From IMG/VR virus record IMGVR_UViG_3300025162_000016, positions 248,001 through 312,000 of that record: a DNA stretch of 64,000 bases. One strand, 5' to 3'. The position numbers and the translations under genes are program-made. The notes beneath the pieces were generated by a model. It ran no database searches, was not told where the DNA came from, and saw only the letters and a program-made list of their open reading frames with translations. Below are positions 57,241 through 64,000 of the stretch, piece after piece; the first letter of the stretch is position 1; the number at the start of each line of letters is the position of its first letter.

Positions 57241-57250
57241 TGTAAGGAAT

Positions 57251-57436
57251 ATGATAACTAAATATAAATGTCCTCTATGTGATGGGTCAATGACGGCGAT
57301 ACCGGATAAGAAGGGTGTTATGGTGAAGTGCTATAATGAACCTTGTGATCCACAATGTAAGGAGAATGTCTTTGGACATGGGAAGAATGAAAAAGATGCT
57401 TGGGAAACGGCGTGTGAGAAATATCCGAAGAAATAA
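57251..57436 (+). CDS. Small Zn-ribbon protein
   Basis: CPLCDG...CYNEPC; promoter upstream. Confidence 0.6.
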   Translation: MITKYKCPLCDGSMTAIPDKKGVMVKCYNEPCDPQCKENVFGHGKNEKDAWETACEKYPKK

Positions 57437-57532
57437 AACAATCTGGTTGACAAAAACAAATAAATCGGTATAGTTTGAAGTGTAATAGATAAACACGGTA
57501 AACAAAAAGCAGAATCGAAAGAAACAAAAATT

Positions 57533-58561
57533 ATGGCGCATCGCATCTTTGAGTATGACAGGCAGCAGGGTAAGGAGCAAGCATGGCACGGTAAGACGGT
57601 AATCACGCCGGATTTGACATTGGACAACAATTGGTTGCGGGAATGGGATTTGGTTCCTCGCAAGATTGCGGATTTGGAAAATAACGAAGAATTGCCTTGG
57701 GTGTATCTGCGTTGTTCGGATAATTCGGTTATTCGTGTTGGCCAGCCATATAATCCGGCGACTTTTCAGCCGGTGAACAATGCGGATTTCTTGGATATGA
57801 TTAAGGCCAGCATATCGGGCACACCGCATACGGTGAGTTCAGTAGGTTCCTTGCGCAATCGGGGCCGGGTATTTGTGAGCATTGAATTGATGGGAATGGA
57901 GAAATTCAAGGCGGCGGGCCGGGATTTTGGTGCATTCCTGAATTTCGGTAATGGACATGATAAGTCTTCGGTACTTTGGGTCAATACCAGCAACATTTGT
58001 ACGGTTTGCGACAATACGTTTTCGTGCAATCTGGTATCTGTAGAAAATAAGGTGACTAAGACGGATGATGATAACGTCCGAATCAGCCAGCGGCATACTA
58101 AGAATGTTAAATTGCGGTTGCCGGACATTGCTTCAATGGTAGATAAGGCTATTAGGGTACAGGCGGAATTCAAGCTGGAAATGGACAAGCTAGCTGCAAT
58201 AGCCGTAAGCCGAAACGGAGTTACCCAGCTCTTTGCTGGGTTCATTGGGCGCAATGTATCGGATAAAGCCAAGGGGTTATCAACTAGGGCGGTCAACACG
58301 GTTGCCAAGTTGGATGATTTGTTTGTCAATGGGCGGGGAAACAGGGGTGAAACGTTGGCCGATGCGTTTTCAGCTACCACGGACTTTTACACTCACTTTT
58401 CTTCTGGCGGTGAAAATGTGATGCGACAAATGGTATCGAGCGATTATGGGTCTGGTCAAGCCAACAAAGCAGAATTCTGGAATCTGGTTAGGAATGGGGA
58501 ATTGCGGGAAACAACCAGAGCACGGGGCGAAGAATTGTTAGTGAATACTGCTAAAGATTAG
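57533..58561 (+). CDS. DUF932-family phage/plasmid protein
   Basis: MAH...AWHGK, Y.P..N, GSL..G..VF, N.HD.S, VC.NT. Confidence 0.85.
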   Translation: MAHRIFEYDRQQGKEQAWHGKTVITPDLTLDNNWLREWDLVPRKIADLENNEELPWVYLRCSDNSVIRVGQPYNPATFQPVNNADFLDMIKASISGTPHTVSSVGSLRNRGRVFVSIELMGMEKFKAAGRDFGAFLNFGNGHDKSSVLWVNTSNICTVCDNTFSCNLVSVENKVTKTDDDNVRISQRHTKNVKLRLPDIASMVDKAIRVQAEFKLEMDKLAAIAVSRNGVTQLFAGFIGRNVSDKAKGLSTRAVNTVAKLDDLFVNGRGNRGETLADAFSATTDFYTHFSSGGENVMRQMVSSDYGSGQANKAEFWNLVRNGELRETTRARGEELLVNTAKD

Positions 58562-58644
58562 GGGTGAGGAATCAGGGAGGGAGCCTAAAAACCCCCTCTC
58601 TTTTTTAATTTGACAAAAACAAATAAATCGGTATAATTCTGATA

Positions 58645-58908
58645 ATGAGAAATAAAACATTATATGCAGTGATACATCGTCACGAGTATGGAGCCGGATT
58701 TTATCTTGTTCGGTGTGCTCATGTTCCTAAGAAAGAAGAAGTTATTCAACATCTTGATATTGATATTGCTGATACGTTGGACGAAGAAGAAATAATTATC
58801 GAAGAAATTATTTCAAAAGAAGCGGTAGAAATCCCTGAACCGGATGGCACTGAGGGACAAGACCGAAAGAGCTATACCGATACACAAGACCGTAAAAATT
58901 ATTACTGA
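58645..58908 (+). CDS. Hypothetical protein
   Basis: Leaderless promoter TTGACA...TATAAT. Confidence 0.6.
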   Translation: MRNKTLYAVIHRHEYGAGFYLVRCAHVPKKEEVIQHLDIDIADTLDEEEIIIEEIISKEAVEIPEPDGTEGQDRKSYTDTQDRKNYY

Positions 58909-59082
58909 TTTCGCTTGACTTTTTTTGGTCAATCGGTATAGTGTTATCTGCTCTCTCTCGGTATAGTGCCGGGAGGGGCATTTTTTATTTATTCACCGGC
59001 AACAATTCTAAGGTTAGAGTTGATCAACTGTGGGGGGGGGATATGATTTCGTTTGACTTTTGCATGTTCTGGAATATGCAAT

Positions 59083-59198
59083 AGTGAAGTGCTGGAACAG
59101 ACCAGACACTATATCACTAAAAAATGAAACTTTGTAGTTGATAATTTTGAATAAACCGGTATAATTTATTTAGTGAAGTGCTGGAACAGACCAGACAC
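59083..59198 (+). repeat. Two solitary repeat copies (59083-59118 full; 59172-59198 partial)
   Basis: 32/36 identity with compensatory AGTGA/TCACT ends. Confidence 0.85.
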
Positions 59199-59294
59199 AA
59201 TAAGACGTAAGACGAAACAAGTAATCATTGACAAAATAAAAAATATCGGTATAGTTAGTAAAGTTAAGCGATTAAACAAATAAAACAATAAAAA

Positions 59295-59747
59295 ATGAAA
59301 AAACAAAATACGGAAGTAGTTGTTGTGACGGAAACGGAAACGGTAACGGCGACAGAAGTTAAGCGTGGGCGTGGGCGGCCCAGGTTTGAAATTAAGAAGC
59401 CGGAGACAAATACGTGGACAATGAATGATGTTAAGGCATTGAACCCTGATGTTTGTGCATTGAGTTTATATCAGCATAAGAATAGGTGGATTGCGGAAAA
59501 TTGGTGTGTGGATAGTGGGGAGCGAATTCCTACGGGCGGGGTGGGAAAGCCATTGACTGTGTTTATTGCGGTTGCGGCATTGCAACGGTCTAAGGCGGCA
59601 AAGAAGGCTGCAAAGACTCGTAAGATGAACAGCAAGCTTCCGGTGGCCCCTCCGGTGGATATGGTTGCGGTTCCGGTGACTGATACGGTTGCGGTGACTG
59701 ATGCGGTTCCGGTGACTGATGCGGTGGAGAATCTGGTGACGGTATAA
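59295..59747 (+). CDS. AT-hook-containing putative DNA-binding protein
   Basis: KRGRGRPR; low-complexity V/T/D tail. Confidence 0.6.
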   Translation: MKKQNTEVVVVTETETVTATEVKRGRGRPRFEIKKPETNTWTMNDVKALNPDVCALSLYQHKNRWIAENWCVDSGERIPTGGVGKPLTVFIAVAALQRSKAAKKAAKTRKMNSKLPVAPPVDMVAVPVTDTVAVTDAVPVTDAVENLVTV

Positions 59748-59832
59748 TGGTTTACAATAAAGACGGCGAGAAAAGTAAAATATTCTTTCCGTCTTTTCTT
59801 GACTTTTTATATTATATTCATACACTATACCC

Positions 59833-60642
59833 ATGAATAAAACAAAATTAAGTTTCACTCACGGCAATGCAAAGTTATCAAAAGACACTGCAATTCTTTC
59901 CCTTCCGGCAGGATATACATGTCCTTTTGCGAACGAGTGCCGGTCTTGTTCGGATAAAGTTACCGGCAAGATTAAAGATGGTCCACATACGCAATTCCGT
60001 TGTTATGCCACAACGGCAGAGTGTTTATTTCCTAACATACGGAGAAGTCGGTGGAATAATTTTGAGCTTATTAAAAACGCTAAAACAACAATCGGTATGG
60101 CAAATTTGATTGAACAATCTTTGGAAGGGAAGAAAAAAATCAAATTGGTTAGATTTCATCAAAGCGGCGATTTCTTTTCGCAAGCATATTTCGATGCTTG
60201 GCTTATGGTTGCTCAAAATCATTCTAATCTAATTTTCTATGGTTATACTAAGGCATTGCCTTATTGGGTAAAGCGATTAGAGGCAATTCCTGCTAATTTT
60301 AGGATTGTAGCCTCAAGGGGTGGGACGCATGACAATTTGATTGAAATGTTTGGGTTGCGGTCGGTGCGGGTTGTGTTATCTGAGCGAGAGGCACGCCGGA
60401 AATGGAAGCTTCAAATTGACCATGATGATTCGCATGTCTGGAATTATGACAAGGACTTTGCCATTGTCATACATGGCATCCAACCGGCGGGAACAAAGGC
60501 TAGTAAAGCATGGCAGAAAATTAAAACGCATGGCAAAGGTGGATATAAAGCCAAATATTTTGGTGACAAGAAAGTTAAAAAGCAGAATAGTGCAGAAGGC
60601 TGGAAAGTTAAACGAGTTTTTGCCGATAAAATAGCGGCATAA
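59833..60642 (+). CDS. Gene product 88 (GP88)-like protein
   Basis: GNAKL, LSLPAG.TCP.A..C, CYA, RFHQSGDF, YGYTK. Confidence 0.75.
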   Translation: MNKTKLSFTHGNAKLSKDTAILSLPAGYTCPFANECRSCSDKVTGKIKDGPHTQFRCYATTAECLFPNIRRSRWNNFELIKNAKTTIGMANLIEQSLEGKKKIKLVRFHQSGDFFSQAYFDAWLMVAQNHSNLIFYGYTKALPYWVKRLEAIPANFRIVASRGGTHDNLIEMFGLRSVRVVLSEREARRKWKLQIDHDDSHVWNYDKDFAIVIHGIQPAGTKASKAWQKIKTHGKGGYKAKYFGDKKVKKQNSAEGWKVKRVFADKIAA

Positions 60643-60693
60643 AAAACACTAAATACCGTTGACTTTAATCAAGTTAACGGTATTCTTTTATTT

Positions 60694-60882
60694 ATGAGAA
60701 CAATACTTGGTCCCGGTGCAAAGTGCCGGGGATATGTTAAAGAGACTGCTAATGGTAAGGAATTGCTTTCTTCTGGCGGTACCTTACTGGGATACTATAA
60801 TGAAGATACTGATCAAACACTTGAGCCAGGGGGAAACTTGTATTCCTATGGTGATTGTCTTATCGAATTGCTTGAAGATTAA
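60694..60882 (+). CDS. Small hypothetical protein
   Basis: Leaderless promoter; G.LLGYY repeat-like sequence. Confidence 0.6.
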   Translation: MRTILGPGAKCRGYVKETANGKELLSSGGTLLGYYNEDTDQTLEPGGNLYSYGDCLIELLED

Positions 60883-60898
60883 TGTTAACACTATGAAC

Positions 60899-61210
60899 AT
60901 GAATAATAGAGTTACCCTACAGCGAACAATATTTACTAATTGGAACACCCAAAATCAGACTTACGGATACCGTGCGTATGATGATCAAGGGCAAACGTAC
61001 GGGAATTGTTTTTCTCTTTTGCAAATGAATTTGCCGGATGATCAATTCTTTAGATTGGTTTATTCGCAGTGTGATGAAATGGTGGCGGCAATGGTAGATT
61101 CCTGTTATGAGAATGCGCTTGGAATTGAAATTGATGGGGACGATAAATCGTATGAATGGGTGAAAGAAACACTTGCAAAAGAGACAGAAATCAGTAATAT
61201 GACGGTATAA
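60899..61210 (+). CDS. Hypothetical protein (start at MNNRV or slightly upstream)
   Basis: 3' part of ORF 60707-61210. Confidence 0.55.
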   Translation: MNNRVTLQRTIFTNWNTQNQTYGYRAYDDQGQTYGNCFSLLQMNLPDDQFFRLVYSQCDEMVAAMVDSCYENALGIEIDGDDKSYEWVKETLAKETEISNMTV

Positions 61211-61223
61211 GAATAATAAAAAC

Positions 61224-61529
61224 ATGAAAATTACATTGAATCAAGCATATCGGTTATTGGAAGATTGTTCGGCGGTTATTTGGGCGGATTATTTTCTTAC
61301 ATTCCCAGCATTGCAAGATGAGGATAATGAGCCAAAAATGTTTTTGTCCTTAGACTCTACGGATGAACACGGGAAAGTGTTTCTGGTGGAATTCTATCGA
61401 CAAGATAATCAAGAAGTTAAAGCGATTGGGAATTCTTTATTTCTCACGGATACAACGGGTGAAGAAATTCAACTAACATTATTGCATGCAATGAACACGG
61501 AAATTTATTTGGATGGAAAACCGGATTAA
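61224..61529 (+). CDS. Hypothetical protein
   Basis: Operonic; terminator at ~61543-61572. Confidence 0.6.
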   Translation: MKITLNQAYRLLEDCSAVIWADYFLTFPALQDEDNEPKMFLSLDSTDEHGKVFLVEFYRQDNQEVKAIGNSLFLTDTTGEEIQLTLLHAMNTEIYLDGKPD

Positions 61530-61609
61530 TTAAATCTATTAGTTTCCCGTCTATAACAGGGCGGGGAACTAAGTCTTGACAAAACAGAAATGTAGTATAT
61601 TATCCTAAT

Positions 61610-61822
61610 ATGATTATTAACAAAATTACCTATGGGTTTGTAGTTCAACAATGGGATACAGAAAAAAAACAATGGGTTGGACAAGACTTTGTTGCCGGGG
61701 ACGTGGTTGAATTTGAAGATGAAACGGGGGATATGATTGATGATGCGGAAATGGAAGAAATCGAGAGCAAGCCAGCATTATCATTTAAAATGGTTCAACC
61801 AGAAAACGAAGCAAAGGCTTGA
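61610..61822 (+). CDS. Hypothetical protein
   Basis: Own promoter near 61577. Confidence 0.6.
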   Translation: MIINKITYGFVVQQWDTEKKQWVGQDFVAGDVVEFEDETGDMIDDAEMEEIESKPALSFKMVQPENEAKA

Positions 61823-61894
61823 CAATTCCAACTAAAGCAGTATAATTTAAGTCGGTGGTTGCATGTTCTGGAATATGTGCTATATATGATAGAC

Positions 61895-62120
61895 AGTGAA
61901 GTGCTGGAACAGACCAGTTACTATATCACTTTATGTTGTTATCTTTTTTAAATTTATCCCTTGTGAATAAATCTAAGGTTAGAGTTAAAATAACTTGCAT
62001 GTTTCGGGGATAAGTGCTATATATGATAGACAGTGAAGTGCTGGAACAGACCAGTCACTAAAACACTGGGAATATGTGCTACTGTATGCGATAATGAAGT
62101 GCTGGAACAAACCGACATTG
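61895..62120 (+). repeat. Three repeat copies (61895-61930, 62032-62067, partial 62093-62120), the first two behind TTGCAT...TATATA promoter-like units
   Basis: 34/36 and 31/36 identity to consensus. Confidence 0.88.
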
Positions 62121-62153
62121 AAAATAGTTGACTTTTGATGGTGTATCGGTATA

Positions 62154-62804
62154 ATGAGCAAGATGAAACAAATTGAAGTTGAATTCAAAACTAATGCCAA
62201 TGGCACCGGGATGCAATTTTTCCGGCAAATTAAAAAAGGTTTTACCCCTAAAGGTAAAGCTGTATACATATATGAACGTATTCATGCGATTGGAGATAAA
62301 GAAGGGGAAACATTTGGATTTGAAGTTATTGCGCCTTCGATAAAGAAGGCAGGAACGTATTCGTTACCTGGTGGCAAATCAATTACGTATGCTGAGGATT
62401 TTGAGGAATATCCTGGGGCGTCTAAGTTTGGAATATCAGCCTGGTCGTATCCCGCTTATCAAGCTGGCGGGGCACGATGGAAATTTGAACAGCTTACAAA
62501 AGAACTAATAGAAATTGAAGAAATCGAAGAAACTAATAATATGATTGAAAACGATAATGTAGATACAAATGAAGTGCCGTCTAATGTTACTAAGTCGAGG
62601 GGACGGCCCAAGAATGATCGTCCGTTGCTAAGTATTCCGTCGGGGGAGTTTAGTACAACGGAGCTATGTAAACTAAACAATACTGATTATTCTGTGGCGG
62701 CAGTGTTTTTGAGGGACTGTGAAGCGGCTGGGACGGTAAAGCGAACCCGTACCGAGAGGCGTAATGCTAAGGGGAAGGAAACTCAATTGTTTCAAGTTGT
62801 GTAA
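62154..62804 (+). CDS. Hypothetical protein with AT-hook and C-terminal winged-helix-like region
   Basis: RGRPK motif; TERRNAKGKETQLF. Confidence 0.6.
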   Translation: MSKMKQIEVEFKTNANGTGMQFFRQIKKGFTPKGKAVYIYERIHAIGDKEGETFGFEVIAPSIKKAGTYSLPGGKSITYAEDFEEYPGASKFGISAWSYPAYQAGGARWKFEQLTKELIEIEEIEETNNMIENDNVDTNEVPSNVTKSRGRPKNDRPLLSIPSGEFSTTELCKLNNTDYSVAAVFLRDCEAAGTVKRTRTERRNAKGKETQLFQVV

Positions 62805-62806
62805 AT

Positions 62807-63130
62807 ATGAAATCGAATAAGCCTATCCCTGAAACATATACGAACCGTGTAGCTCAATTTAACAAGACTGAGCAACGATTGCCTAATGTTCCTGTTAAAG
62901 GCAAGGAGCCGGGTTCTACGCTCACGGATACGACCAAAGAAAACCCTTATATGATTGCTCGTCTTAAAGTTCTTAATGACTATAAAGAGGGTAGGCGTAT
63001 TGAAGTGTTGGCAATGGAAAGAGATAATAGAATTGATCACCGGCATTATGAGGAATTCGTTACCGATGTTCTTAGGGTAGCCGGGGATATTCCTTCTCTG
63101 GCTATCCGAAATCGAATCAAAGGAATCTAA
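62807..63130 (+). CDS. Hypothetical protein
   Basis: Followed by a terminator at 63151-63180. Confidence 0.6.
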   Translation: MKSNKPIPETYTNRVAQFNKTEQRLPNVPVKGKEPGSTLTDTTKENPYMIARLKVLNDYKEGRRIEVLAMERDNRIDHRHYEEFVTDVLRVAGDIPSLAIRNRIKGI

Positions 63131-63189
63131 TCTAATCTAATCTAATCTACAAATCCCCTGTCAAGTGACGGGGGATTTTTTATATATTT

Positions 63190-63388
63190 AGTGAATTACT
63201 GGAACAGACCAGTCACTATCAACTCTAAGATTAGAATTAAAACGAATTGCATTTTTTTGAAATTTCTAGTGAATTACTGGAACAGACCAGTCACTAAAAC
63301 ACTACCGGAGAAGGAGTAATAATTTTTTATCACCCTTCTCCGGCATATATGTAGTGACGTGCTGGGATATATCAGTCACTAAAACACT
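63190..63388 (+). repeat. Degenerate three-repeat mini-array (63190, 63268, 63353)
   Basis: CTGGAACAGACCAGTCACT core; gaps of 42 and 49 nt, the second a CCGGAGAAGG/CCTTCTCCGG hairpin. Confidence 0.8.
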
Positions 63389-63644
63389 CAGACTGTACGG
63401 TAAAGGTATCAGCACTTTCCCAACTAAAATGATCTACGATTGCTTTACCGGCAGCATCATCTTGATCAAATGCCAATTTGGGTTCAAAATCCGCTTGTTC
63501 CGCTTTATTCATAGCAAATTTATAATGATACCCATTATCGTAATCATCTTCGGTACAGATTAATTTACAAAAGTAAAAGTCTGGTTCTCCATTACTGTTA
63601 ATCCCGGCTACCATCATCTTTAAGTCAAGCATAAAGTCAAGCAT
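63372..63644 (-). CDS. Hypothetical protein
   Basis: Stop overlaps the repeat copy at 63353. Confidence 0.55.
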   Translation of the reverse strand: MLDFMLDLKMMVAGINSNGEPDFYFCKLICTEDDYDNGYHYKFAMNKAEQADFEPKLAFDQDDAAGKAIVDHFSWESADTFTVQSECFSD

Positions 63645-63734
63645 ATTTTTGTTTTTAATCGGTTAATTGTTTTTTTACTGTGATATGATTATACGGATTT
63701 ACGGATAGGAGTCAACTAATAAATGTATATATTT

Positions 63735-63770
63735 AGTGACGTGCTGGAACAGACCAGTCTCTATATCTCT
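63735..63770 (+). repeat. Solitary degenerate CRISPR repeat
   Basis: 30/36 identity to consensus. Confidence 0.85.
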
Positions 63771-63789
63771 ATATCACTAAATTACTAAA

Positions 63790-63975
63790 TTATTCTTCTT
63801 CTAATTTTTCTAGGCGATATTGGCGCAAAGCTTCATTGGTTTGCATTTCGTCTATAATATCGCATTCTTGGGGTTGAAATAATCCCATTATACCGACATT
63901 TTCGGCATCTATTGATCCGATGATTTCACCGAATTCATTAACTTCTACGTTTTTATTCTTTCTCGGTCTGCCCAT
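63790..63975 (-). CDS. Small hypothetical protein (N-terminal AT-hook MGRPRK)
   Basis: 61-aa ORF. Confidence 0.55.
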   Translation of the reverse strand: MGRPRKNKNVEVNEFGEIIGSIDAENVGIMGLFQPQECDIIDEMQTNEALRQYRLEKLEEE

Positions 63976-64000
63976 AATTTTGTTTTTGGTTTAATTGTTT

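Noticed and set aside
57287-58421. Minus-strand ORFs overlapping the DUF932 gene and similar antisense ORFs throughout the window
   Set aside because: Shadow frames of well-supported genes, with no motifs of their own
1-64000. Alternative genetic code (stop-codon recoding seen in some huge phages)
   Set aside because: Long genes are intact in code 11 and end in TAA, TAG and TGA; no suppressor tRNA seen

Overview
AT-rich (roughly one-third GC by eye) fragment of what is most likely a huge/jumbo bacteriophage genome. It carries dense small hypothetical genes with their own sigma70-like promoters, a tRNA cluster, RNA-repair and nucleotide-metabolism genes, an NAD+ salvage and ADP-ribosylation module, and several IS200/IS605-type TnpB elements. 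The standout is a compact CRISPR locus with no Cascade and no cas1/cas2 in the window. A 14-repeat array (36-nt repeat, transcribed on the minus strand from a recognisable leader) lies downstream of a full HD+SF2 cas3. That gene is transcribed divergently from a 1003-aa RuvC class 2 type V effector (Cas12h/Cas12b-like) with an intact D-E-D triad. About 15 solitary or degenerate copies of the same repeat are scattered over 31.8-63.8 kb, all on the + strand and often just behind promoters, with hairpin-preserving substitutions. One of them carries a duplicated CRISPR leader and, with a second repeat, brackets a whole gene. A ~1.3 kb non-coding region after cas12 has ~49-bp iteron-like repeats and a C-rich to G-rich switch, suggesting a replication origin. 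All family calls come from motif recognition by eye; no database searches were run.
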